A DNA stretch of 64,000 nucleotides, from positions 17,794,001 to 17,858,000 of the forward strand of contig JBHGNT010000010.1 in NCBI GenBank assembly GCA_043228905.1, written 5' to 3'. The position numbers and the translations under genes were made by a program. How positions within the stretch are numbered: the first letter of the stretch is position 1; each line of letters opens with the position of its first letter. This document shows, piece by piece, positions 1 to 11,686 of this stretch. The notes beneath the pieces were generated by a model that saw only the letters and a list, made by a program, of their open reading frames with translations, searched no databases and was not told the DNA's origin. The stretch is from Azolla caroliniana (lineage: Eukaryota > Plantae > Polypodiophyta).

Positions 1-335
1 GAGTGTGACCAATTATATGGCCATAACATCCCCTTTTTACTCAACTGTGTACGCTATTTGAGAAATCATATGACCATCGGTATTTTGAGAAACAACAGAA
101 TATCAGAGGCATTTGTGGAAATAAAGAAAAATTGATGGGGGTGTTCTGAAGCTTTTCCCTTCAGGGGAGATGAACCTATTATACTTTGACGTTTGAAAAT
201 ATATTGGATTCGTCTTAGTCGAATGATTTAGCCTAATTTCTAGACATATACCTTAAAACGGCTCATCATCATCAGGAATTTAAGTGGACAAGAAAGCTGC
301 TTTGCCCAGGTCCTATCATAAAAAGAGTTGCAATT

Positions 336-2450
336 GTGGATGAACATATTACATCTAAAGGGCAAAGGCATGATCCAATATGTGGCTTCCTGCCAACTTC
401 AATTTCGGCTTCTTCATTGGAGCTTCTGTTGATAGATGAGTTGATCTTTGAATTACAGATATGCCGACAAAGAAAAGATCGTGATCATGCAAAATTTGTA
501 CATACATTTATATGCAGCCATGGTCTGGAAGATCACATAGTTATTGGAAATCATATTGTTCCTACTTTGGTTGGATGTGCAAGTGTGGATGAGGCTCAAA
601 ACCTCTTCCTTAGGTTGCCGTACCAGAGTGAGCATTCGTGGACTTCTCTCATATCAGGGTTTAGTAATTGTGGGCAATGGCATCGAGCTTTCACCTTATA
701 TCAGAGAATGTGCAAGGTTTCTATCACTCCTACTACCCATACATACGTTTCGCTTCTGAAAGGATGTTCGATGCACAATGATGTGAGAAGGGGACAAGAA
801 TTCCATACTCAACTGGTGCAAACAGGATGTGAAATGCATACCATTGTTGGAAATACTTTGGTGAGTATGTATGCGAATTGTGGCTTGGTTTTAGAAGCAC
901 AAGAAACCTTTGATAATTTGGAAGATCGGGACTTTGTATCATGGAATGCACTTATATCAGGATATGCTGAATATGGACCCTATGAGGAAGCTCTAAAAGC
1001 TTTCAAAAGGATTTCTTTAGAGAATGTGCTGGTTACTGATGCCACATTTGCATGCGTCTTGAAAGCTTGTGGTAATCTAGGTTCCATGGAAATAGGAAGA
1101 AATGTACACACAGAAATCCTTGGGAAAGGATTTGATAGAGAGTTACTTGTCGGGAATGGCTTGGTTGGAATGTATGCTAAGTTTGGATCAATGTCTGAGG
1201 CACATAAAGTCTTTTCACAGCTTCTCATTCAAGATGTGGTGTCATGGACTGCGTTGCTTTCTGGATATTCGGAACATGGTCTGCCACAAGAAGCTCTTGA
1301 GATATTTGAACGTATGCAAGCTGAGGGCATTTCACCAAATGATGTCACATTTGCCGCTGTTGTAAAGGCTTGTGGTGCCTTAGGAGCTCTAAACAAGGGG
1401 CGAGAGTTACACATGAAAATCACTGAACAAGGATCTGGAAAGAATCTAAATGTTTGCAATAGTCTAATAAACATGTATGCAACTTGCGGTGCAATTCCAG
1501 AGGCACAGAAAGTTTTTGCAACTCTGGCAAATCGAGATGTGGTCACGTGGAGCTCTATGATAAGAGGATTTGGCATGAATCATGAAGGTGATTCAGCAAT
1601 ACAATACTTCGAACAGATGCTGGAGCACGGAGTTCAGCCAAATGCAATCACGTTTTCCAGCCTATTGAAGGCTTGCAATGGCAGAAGTTTGATAAGACGA
1701 GGTTATATGTACTTCCGAATGATGGCAAAGTATAGTATCTCCCCAACTATTGAACACTATACTTGCATAGTAGATATGCTTGCCAGGGTTGGGCTTTTGT
1801 ACGAAGCTGAAAGGTTTCTTGAAGCATTGTGCCCTCATTTTGAAGCAGGATGGACATCTTTACTCGGTGCATGCCGAGCTTATGGAGAAGCTGAACTAGG
1901 ATTAAGATGCTTTCATCAACTTGTCTCTTTGAATCCACTAGATTCTGCTTGGTACTTGCTTATGGTTGACATATATGCGAATTTGAGCATCCATCTAGAT
2001 AATGCTCATCAAATCGAGAATCTTAGAAAACATATGGGGGCACTGAATAGACCTGGTGTTGCCTCAATAGAAGTGAATAAATGTGTTTATGAATTTATTG
2101 GGGGAAATGATCAAAGCTTGGATGTTTCTGGGATGCTTGGAATGATGAATATGTGTGTCAAGGAGGGAGGGCATATTGCGAATGTAGAGTTAGTTCTTCG
2201 ACCTGTTTGCGAAGAGAGAAAAGAAACTGCAGTTTGTCAACATGCTGAAAGGTTTGCATTAGCCTTTGGGCTCTTAAATGTGCCTCAAGGTGAAACAATC
2301 CGTGTCACGAAAAACATGAGGATGTGCAATGATTGCCACAATGTAAGCAAACTCATATCAAAGATTGAAAAGCGGGAGATTATTCTCCGGGATGATTGCT
2401 GCATCCATCATTTTAAGGACGGGTTATGTGAATGTGGGGATATATTCTGA
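336..2450 (+). CDS. PLS-class PPR protein with E domains and DYW:KP-type deaminase domain (candidate organellar RNA editing factor)
   Basis: Tandem P/L/S motifs (SWTSLISG, SWNALISGY, SWTALLSGY, TWSSMIRGF) and E motifs. C-terminus reads RPGVASIEV...HAERFALAFG...KNMRMCNDCH...HHFKDGLCECGDIF. The ORF starts at GTG, so the true 5' end or first exon is uncertain. Confidence 0.9.
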   Translation: MDEHITSKGQRHDPICGFLPTSISASSLELLLIDELIFELQICRQRKDRDHAKFVHTFICSHGLEDHIVIGNHIVPTLVGCASVDEAQNLFLRLPYQSEHSWTSLISGFSNCGQWHRAFTLYQRMCKVSITPTTHTYVSLLKGCSMHNDVRRGQEFHTQLVQTGCEMHTIVGNTLVSMYANCGLVLEAQETFDNLEDRDFVSWNALISGYAEYGPYEEALKAFKRISLENVLVTDATFACVLKACGNLGSMEIGRNVHTEILGKGFDRELLVGNGLVGMYAKFGSMSEAHKVFSQLLIQDVVSWTALLSGYSEHGLPQEALEIFERMQAEGISPNDVTFAAVVKACGALGALNKGRELHMKITEQGSGKNLNVCNSLINMYATCGAIPEAQKVFATLANRDVVTWSSMIRGFGMNHEGDSAIQYFEQMLEHGVQPNAITFSSLLKACNGRSLIRRGYMYFRMMAKYSISPTIEHYTCIVDMLARVGLLYEAERFLEALCPHFEAGWTSLLGACRAYGEAELGLRCFHQLVSLNPLDSAWYLLMVDIYANLSIHLDNAHQIENLRKHMGALNRPGVASIEVNKCVYEFIGGNDQSLDVSGMLGMMNMCVKEGGHIANVELVLRPVCEERKETAVCQHAERFALAFGLLNVPQGETIRVTKNMRMCNDCHNVSKLISKIEKREIILRDDCCIHHFKDGLCECGDIF

Positions 2451-2893
2451 ATTTCTTTAAATGTATATAGCATGTCCCAAATCGTCCTTAAATGAAGCAA
2501 AAAAAAAGTGGTATATTGAAGCAAATATGCAGTTCATGAATGGTCTTCTGCCAAACAGACTGGAAATGCAAAATCAAGCCGTGTGGAAATCCCTGAATTT
2601 TTTGAATGTATGGCCCTTTGTTGTTGGATTAGGACTATCCTTAACTGAAGCAAAAGGAAGTGGTCTATTGAGGCAAATATACATTACATGAATGGTCTTC
2701 TGCCAAACTGAGTGAAAATGCAAAATCAAGGCACAGGGAATTGGCATAAAATGTTATTGTCCTTAATGAAGATGAATCAATAATTGTGCACTGAACCCAG
2801 CTTATAATGGCAGGCTGCCAGTTGGCTTCTTGTGACAGGAATGCCAAAATATCAAATATTGAATCAGTACTAAGAAGGAAAATTAACATGGCT

Positions 2894-2987
2894 GTAGGAA
2901 AGAGGCTTACCATGGTGGTAACATGTGATGGAAAATTAGGGTTTGATTCCAGAGTGGGAGGCTAGAAATAGCTACCACACCAGGGAA
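2894..2987 (+). pseudogene. Degenerate 18S rRNA fragment
   Basis: gtaggaaagaggcttaccatggtggtaacatgtgatggaaaattagggtttgattccagagtgggag...gctaccac aligns with the conserved 18S segment GTAGGATAGAGGCCTACCATGGTGGTGACGGGTGACGGAGAATTAGGGTTCGATTCCGGAGAGGGAG...GCTACCAC. Many differences are CpG decay. Confidence 0.8.
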
Positions 2988-4328
2988 AACAAGGTGAAGG
3001 AAAAGGAAAGGTTGTGGACATGTGCAAAGAAGCATGGTTTTATTTTGAAGGATTGAGAGAAGAGATGCATATGAGCACCCTTACAAAATATAGCTAGTAT
3101 GAACCTCCATAGGATAATTAGTTTGAAACCTCACTGACGAACTAATAAATAGATGGTGTAAATCATGACGTTTGTTTGTGGAACTTTACTCATGGAGCTC
3201 ATATTCATTGAGCCCATAACAATCAAGAAAACCCACTTTTATCATTTAAACTAGGAAGCAAGTAGATAACTAACATTATAATTGTGGTTGATTGATGAAT
3301 TCAAGATATACGAAACCGAACAATGAATTTGGATAGTTGAGTTATAAGTAATTAGAAAATAAACTTACAGAGATGATAGACGCGTAGGTTTTTGATGTGA
3401 TGAAAGTTTGGGTCATCCATAGAATTATAATTGTGGTTTCTTGTTTGAATTCAAAATGTACTAATTTGAATAGTTAAGTTGTAAGTCCTTAGAAAATAAA
3501 CTTACAGAGATAATAGAAGCTTAGATTTTGGGAGGTCATGGAAGCTTGTCACCTATGCTTAACCCAGAAAATAAGTCATTAGTCACCACAGCACATTTAA
3601 ACATCTAAAACATAGGCTAGCGTTAATATAAAATCCACAAAAGAAGTTGTAAACACCAACTACCATTTGAGAGTGGAAATTGTAAACACTACCATTTGAG
3701 ATAGAAATCTGATATTCCAAAACAATATTCTCTTTTATTAATTGAGACAAAACAGCCTCTAGAGAGCTGCTGCAAACAATACATGTAAAATTACCGTCAT
3801 GTGCTCCCACAATGGGATGTCACAAAATGTAAAAGGCTCTTCACCACAACCCTCCATGGTGGGCATGGTATTTATACAAAGTCAACGAGAGAAAACATGA
3901 TTGGAGAACAGGAAATACTAATTTTACCTCTATTTTGATGCCCAATATGCAACTGGATAGATATCAATCTTTCCCAATAGAGTGGGCGATATATCCTGTT
4001 GTCCACATCTCCATGGATATAATCAGAATCTCTAGATGATGACGTACATGCAACTAAGCAATACAAACCATAAAAGAAAAAAGAACTTGAAAATCATGCC
4101 AGTTTTACCATCTTCATACTGATATCTTTTTGTTTGTTTTTTTATTACTTTGTTGATATCTACAAGTATCTTTTGCTTGCTTGTAGGGATCTATAGTAGA
4201 TGAGGTCGACCATCTTAACATTTTTCATATCTTATTGAGAAGTGGCCTTCATTCCACAATGAACCTTGAACCTTGTGAGACTCTTTCATCACTTCAATCA
4301 ATCTTGGTTGCAACATTGTGAATCAAAT

Positions 4329-7300
4329 TTATTGTATGTGATCATTTTCAATCAAGCCATTGTGGTTCTTTTCATCCATTCCACTCAGATTCTTTGGCAC
4401 ATCATGCTCTTTAACTGAGGTCTGGATCATTGTGACACTTGGCTGACTGTTATTCAAGTTCTTATCAATCAGTTTGATCAACTCATTTGATGATATAACT
4501 TTATCAACACCATTCAAAATCATTTCCTCTTCCAAAGATTTTGATTTTTCTTCTTCATTGCCACTCACTTGGCTCTGGACCATTGTGATGCTTGGCTGAC
4601 TGTTATTTGAGTTCTTATCATTCAGTCCTATCACATCGTTTGATGATATGACTTCAAAGGATCTTAAATTTTCCTCTTGGTTCCCACTCACCTGGGGATG
4701 GTTCTTCATAGATTCCTCCTTATTACTCAGTGGGATATGTTTCTTCATAGATTCCTCCATCCTACCATTGAAACCATTACATAATAAATCTATCCCTCCA
4801 TTGGTGGATTCATTTGCAAAATCCTGCATAATATCATTTGCTTCATTTCGATGTGATTCAGCTGATTTCGTATTTAAATGCAGCTCAATATCATCATTTT
4901 CGACTTTTTCCACATTATCATCATTGTTTAACAGCTGCCCAATATCAGCAATTTTTTCCATTTCCACATTTCTATCATCTTTCAGAAACTGCCCACTCTG
5001 ATCAATCCCTTGTATTTCCACATTTCCACATTTATCGTCGTCATTAGGAGCTATCTTGGGTTTTTCAGGCACAATGTCATTTTCTTCTTTGATATTTTGT
5101 TGAATTAAATTGTCATCCCGGACACTTTCTCGAACAAAATCCCCATTTTGAATTATTTCTTGAGCAATTTTTTCCATTTCCACATTTCTATCATCTTTCA
5201 GAAACTGCCCACTCTGATCAATCCCTTGTATTTCCACATTTCCACATTTATCGTCGTCATTAGGAGCTATATTGGGTTTTTCAGGCACAATGTCATTTTC
5301 TTCTTTGATATTTTGTTGAATAAAATTGTCATCCCGGACACTTTCTCGAACAAAATCCCCATCTTGAATTAGTTCTTGAGCAATTTTTTCCATTTCCACA
5401 TTTCTATCATCTTTTAGAAACTGCCCACTCTGATCAATCCCTTGTATTTCCACATTTACACATTTATCGTCGTCATTAGGAGCTATCTTGGGATTTTCAG
5501 GCACAATGTCATTTTCTTCTTTGATATTTTGTTGAATAAAATTGTCATCTCGGACACTTTCTTGAACAAAATCCCCATCTTGAATTAGTTCTTGAGCAAT
5601 TTTTTCCATTTCCACATTTCTATCATCTTTTAGAAACTGCCCACTCTGATCAATCCCTTGTATTTCCACATTTCCACATTTGTCGTTGTCATTAGGAGCT
5701 ATCTTGGGTTTTTCAGGCACAATGTCATTTTCTTCTTTGATATTTTGTTGAATAAAATTGTCATCCCGGACATTTTCTTGAACAAAATCCCCATCTTGAA
5801 TTATTTCTTGAACAATATCTTCTTCATCTTGGGCACTTTCGTGTAGGGCGGAGTTTGAAAGATGCCTTTGAAGAGCCGTATCAATATCTACAGATGGAGC
5901 ACCTGCAAGTTCAAATTTCTCTACAGAGGCGTCTAGCACCTCCTTCCATGCTGACAACCCTAGCCTATACCCCACCTGAGAGTGCTCATATAATATATTT
6001 CCCCATAGCAGGTAAATATGTGATCTCAAACCTTTGTCACTATCCTGCCCCTCTTCTCTACTGTATTGCTCTAATATTAATGCTGCCATCTTCATCCGTT
6101 CCTCGGCATTGTGAAAAAGCTCTAACATCTTCGATGAATCCCACGTGCTAAGATCTGTCTGATTCGCTATGGCTAGAGACCACTTCAGCTTCGCTCTCTC
6201 AAAATCCTTCTGTCCAAGGCTAAGCATAGCATCACAGAAGTCTGGTTTCACGTGCAAGGATTGCTTGAACTTCTCCTCGGCAAGAGCGTATTGAGCCTCA
6301 GCCCAATCAAAAGCTTCTTGTAAGCGATCACAAAAATCAATTTCCTCGTCTTTGGTGTCATGAGGTAACTCTTTCCTTGCCATACACATATAAACATTTC
6401 CCCAATTAAGGTATCCTAGAGCTATCATTTCTTTGAATTTAATACCTGCAGATTCGAAAAGCTTGTGTGCTTCTTCGGTAGAAGCAACTTCCTCTAAAGC
6501 TTCAGAACAAAGGTCTATACCAATATTATGTAAATCAATCCCCCCAGTTGCATCTATTCCCAGATGAACACGGAAAAGATCAGCAAAATCAGATAGCCAC
6601 TTATCATGTTCCTCTTTCTCTTTTGAATAGTCTCCTTTCTGCTCAACAGAGGATGTCACGTCCGATATACCCTTGCTATATGATGTAATAGAAAACTCTT
6701 TCATATCCACCAAAGAAGCCTCTTCCTTATCATATGGCTCTTGTTCTGGGGGTACATCAACCACATGTAATCTCAATTGATCTATGACAATTGATCTACT
6801 AGATTTCTCATGTGATTCATTAGATATCGAATGTTGCATAGGTGTTCCAACACCCCTTTGGCTCCTCATGGCAGAGGCTGCCTCCGCAAGCCTTAACTCC
6901 TTTGTACTCGTGATAGTTACAAGATCTCCCTCGATGTCTTTGTATTTTATTAGCACCGCCTTAGCTGAAGGAAACTTGTCCTGAACTATCTTTCTCAGAT
7001 CTTTAAATTTGCAATTCATGGGCATTTCCGCTAACCTTATGTCATGATCATATATCAGCTTCAAGGGTTGCACTGGAGGAGAAGTAAGCATCTCAAAAGA
7101 CTTCGAGACTTGAGAATTCGACACCTGACCATTATCCGAATGAACAGTTCTTTCAAAGGTCTCAGTCTTGGGGCAGGCGGAAGAGGTTGCTGAAGATGAC
7201 TGTCGACGAAAAGGGTCATTGAACATTCGTCGAAAGAGAGGTATTTCATCTGCATTTGTGTGAACCATGTGATGGGAGTATGGAGGAGTTTGCATCATTT

Positions 7301-8447
7301 GAGAGGATGAGGATGAAGGAGTTTGCACCAACCGAGAAGATGAGTGTGGGGTTGACTCTGGTGTACAAAAACAAAAACAGCAGATTCATGATGGGCATCG
7401 TCAATCACATTATTAGGAGACTGGTATTGAGCACTTTCTTGTGGGACATTATGCCCATGTCCATGGAAGGTTCATTCCATGCCCAGGGCGAGATGATATA
7501 TGACCACCTCATTATGGAACAAGGATATGTTCCATCATGTCCATGCCCATTCTTCAAGATCCATGGACATGTTCAAGCATATGTTTAGAATCAGGTGAAA
7601 CATGAGGGATATGAAGGGAAAACATACCTTGAAGATCTTGTTGTGGCATTCTGTCATCACCCCCCTGATGATAATGATCACCGAGCAACCCACGGATGCG
7701 AATCTCCATCTCCAAGGCATCAGGATGGGTCATATCACTCTTAAGAAGACTTTCCAAATCCTCAAGGGCAAGATCAAGCTTACCTAAAGCTTCATATGCC
7801 CGCGCTCGTCTCAAAAGGGCCCTCCCAAAACCTGGGTGGACATTGAGTGCTAAACTGCATTCTCGAACTGCCTCTTCATAATTCACTGGCTTCATTTGCA
7901 TCAAGCATGCAGCTCGATTACTATGGAAAATTGCACGATCAGGATGGTCTTGTAAAGTAAGCTTAAGTGCTAGATCATATTGCTCCATAGCTCCAACATA
8001 GTCTTTCCTCTGGAATCTCCTATTACCTTCTTCCTTGAGCTCTTTTGCCCTCGATGCAAGATACAGAGCATAGTCTTGAAATTTAGAGACTTTTCCTTCT
8101 TCGTTTTCATGGGTTGTAATTTCTTTCCCCTCCCATCTCTGATGAATGGCAGGATGCTGATGATGGGGGCGTTGATGTCGCCGTTCAGATTTCAGCCTTT
8201 CATTCCCATCTCTCGATTTGTTCTCCTTCCTATGATTCTCGTCTTCAAACCGATCAAATGCAGAGCCACTGACACCATTGTTACCGCTTATACCAATTCC
8301 ATGATTGTGTCTGATGCTACTACCATTGCTGTTGATGGCATCGCCATGATTACTGTTAGTGATATTGATATCATGTTGTGGGTTGTCGGAATGAGAATGA
8401 AAAGAGCTTGATCCCACCCTTCGTCTTCGATTACCTGATCTCGCCAT
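4329..8447 (-). CDS. PHOX/CLMP1-like TPR + PB1 domain protein, 2 exons (8447-7628, 7357-4329), about 1282 aa
   Basis: Exon 1 has a TPR triplet (ELKEEGNRRFQ...FHSNRAAC...ALLRRARAYEALG). Exon 2 has PB1 (LKLIYDHDIR...IKYKDIEGDLVTITS) and the PHOX C-terminal helical region (LNWGNVYMCMARK). The GT..AG intron 7627-7358 joins them in frame (CAAG|GTATG ... TTTTGTACACCAG|AG). Confidence 0.88.
4950..5810 (-). repeat. Coding tandem repeat, 4 x 213 bp (71 aa)
   Basis: QE(I/L)IQDGDFV...DDRNVEMEKIA is repeated four times almost identically in the C-terminus of the PHOX-like protein. Confidence 0.9.
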
Positions 8448-8978
8448 GGGTTTGCTTCTTCTTCTCGAAAAACGAAGCTATATATAATATGGAATAGAAG
8501 GAACAACCCAGAGGATTGAATGAGATGCAGAGAGAGAAAAACAGAGGCAGAGGGGAAAAAAACAAAAAAAAAGACGAAGATTTTTGGGCAAAATAAAGTA
8601 TACAAGAAAAGAATTTAAAGCAAAATATGCAGAAAGATGGAGGGAGAGAGATCACATATACTAATTTGTGATAGGGAGTTTTTGTTTTCTCTGTTTTTTG
8701 GGGTCCTTTTTTTGAGTTCTCTTCGATTTCACGTCAAGATCAGGCAGTATATGAATTCTTCCATTTTTTGGGGGGGGTGCTTTCCTGTTTCCTGATGCTT
8801 CTCCTTTCTCTTTCCGGAAAGATCTATCATCAGTTTTTTCCCATTTTTAGCTTTTATTCTCTGTCTTTTTGTCAATTGCACTCCATTCTTTCTCTCCTTT
8901 TGTTGTTGGGTGGGTGGGGGGGGGGGGGGGGTTATGTGTGTCTTGTCTGTCTGGTATGTTTTGTTGGATCCTGCATTC

Positions 8979-9016
<38 letters not shown>

Positions 9017-9039
9017 AAATTCAGAGGATTTGAATGGTG

Positions 9040-9116
9040 TAATAGAAAGGCGAGAAAATTCGGTTTCGAACCCAAGACATGGTGCTAGTAGTGTAATAGC
9101 TTACCACTAAGGCAAG
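9040..9116 (-). mobile_element. tRNA-derived SINE-like unit (family B), single copy
   Basis: The minus strand has TAGTGGTAAG (A-box-like) and GGTTCGAAACC (B box). It is homologous to 25381-25463, 28778-28857 and 29005-29088, and lies next to (GA)n. Confidence 0.6.
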
Positions 9117-11686
9117 AGAGATTATTGATTGCAGGTGCAATATGGGCCCCTCTAATGACACTACATTCCACTTTGTCAATCCATGAGAACATGCTTCGAT
9201 GAAAATGTGTCTCAGAAAGGAGTCCTGGAGAACTCCTTTCAGGAGTGAGAGAGAGAGAGAGAGATTGTGTGAAATCAAGCTTGAATTCGTTAGAAGTCAA
9301 ACTGTAACGAACGTAAACAAAACTGGTCGCAAACTACGATTCGGGAAGGTCCGTAGTAAGCTAGCCATGTAAAAACTTGTATGGGCTATCTAGTGGCACG
9401 AGTTCCGATTCTATCTCTAAGAGCCTTTTACACATCGGTTTTGAAGTGCCCCGGTCGGATATTGCCAACATTTGACATCAATATGGCAGTCACCTAATGT
9501 TAATGAACCTAGCCTTGGAAGGCTTGCGAATGTTATCATGGTTATGAAGCTATGGCAAACCAATGATAGCATGTGACAATGCACGATCCACATTTTTTTG
9601 TATATGACACTCATCATATTTATTATTTGCTGCCCCTTATTCCAAATCACCTCTCATGACAATCAACATGTTTTAATGGTGTGCTTGTGTCGAGTTAGAC
9701 TCTAAATGTAGATGTCCCCCTTGTTAGGAAATATTGCAACTATATGTTTATTGTACAAAAGGCCATTCGAATTTTACTCTTCTTTATTGTAAGAGTGCGT
9801 TGAGCTAATTTGAAATCAACACTGTTTACCCAAACACACCTTTAATTTACTTAAAGTTTAGTTCATCGTTGACTACATTTTAACAATTCTCCACATAGAG
9901 AAAAGAATTTGGGATTTTGATCTTATTACATGTCGGACAAAGTGGAGCAAAGTTTCCACCTTCCATGTCCAAAAAATACTTCCCTAAACACATTTTTTTA
10001 TCCAAAAGCTCCACAAATGATGACAAAAATCATACACATTATGACAATTTGTGTAGGTAAGTGAACAAGAGTGGGATGTCTCTATTGTTTACCATGTGTA
10101 TGAATATAAATACAGCAAATGCCAATGCCAATGCCTCGAAATTTACACACTCTCATAGCAACCAAAGTTACTAAAGCAATAGGTTGTCCCTTGATAATGC
10201 AAATTTGCTCTTATGTGTTCTATTTTAGAATGGAAGATGTTTCTTCTTTATGAGCAATAGTTGGCCACGTTCTTTCCTTGTATCATTATGTTAATATCTA
10301 TGTTCGTGTTCTTGTCACATACCGAATGTTTTGAACTATATTAATTGAAAATTATTTATTTATTTATAAACTCTTAGTGTCCTCGATTGGACAAGTAATG
10401 TTCGATTCGGATGACGTTACCGTGCTATTTAGTTAATATAATATCAACTATTACAACTATTAAAGAAATAGGAAAATCTATGAAAGAAGCACTTCTAAGC
10501 AAGCAATAATGAGCATGGTTCAAACATCATGGCATCCCATTATTGCCATTCTTCGTCTCCCTCATTTAAGCTTTTCACAAGACGCAAAGATTCCTTTTGC
10601 TACATTTGCGAACATCTCCTAAGGAGAAGAAATCAAATGGTAGGGCCATCAAGAGTGTTACCTTCTCACCTTGGATATACAAATGTTTCTTCGTGTGTTG
10701 AAAGCAACATCTTTAAGTTCAATTTTTGAAAGAGATCGAAAATGACCTTCGACAATTTCCTTAAGAAGTTTCAAGATACAAAAGCAATAATGTACTCCTT
10801 AGTGAGACCATATCACTTCCCAATGAATGCAATGGTTTGTGGAATATATGCTTAAGATTCAAAAAACCATTTAGATCAAATTCTCAAATTTATGAGGAAG
10901 TACGTAAAATGATTATACACAAAAGCAAAACAAGCTTTGGGAGAATGCAAGAAAAAGTTTGGAAGATGTGGTACATTAGGCTTGCGTAAAACCATACGGA
11001 AGCCTTTTACCAACATCGATGTATCATGGCTTGGAAGGCTCACACTCCACACGTTATATCACACCAAACTACAAGATTGACATATATTTGTAAATGTGTA
11101 AATCACCATCGCCATATTGTAATATACACAAGAAGGAAGGGGAACCTATTCTTCCCTTTTAATGGGCAGACACTCCACTTATATAGAGGCTTGTTAAGAG
11201 TCTATTAGGGTAAAAGCATGCGAGTGGAAACACTATTATAGCTAATTAGCTACTAAAATGGCCATAGCTAATTAGCTATTTGTTTAGCTAGTCTTTCTTG
11301 TGGGAAAATCAAATATTTGAAAAACTAATTTATGAAAAAACTCAAATATTTGAACTTCTGTTTCAGACGTAGTGGAACTTGGGGAATATCACCATCATCT
11401 AAGGTCGACTTCAATGTCATCAATTTCCTGTTTAGCCTAAGTCTGATTTTGAACGCAGATGGAGTACTCAGAGCACGAACGCAGACGTAGCTCCCGCAAC
11501 AGCAAAAAATCGACATTGCAGATTGAGAGCTACAACACAGAACCCGCTCGATCATCGTCCAGGTATGTTTCAGTTACAGAAACCCCAAACATTTGTTTTT
11601 TCTTTTTGACTACTGTCTGAACTTTGGTGCCGATTCATATTTCCCCAAAATCGAATAGGGCGAAGTCCTTGGAGTCCCATACAAGG

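Noticed and set aside
2500-3545. Two pairs of ~150-bp degenerate duplications downstream of the PPR gene
   Set aside because: Ordinary local tandem duplications with no coding or structural signal.
8768-9300. Short ORFs containing ERERER/LSLSLS runs (also near 24500, 56000 and 62334)
   Set aside because: They are translations of (GA)n microsatellites.
9300-11200. Possible old retroelement hosting the Sola insertion
   Set aside because: Too decayed to assign domains or boundaries.
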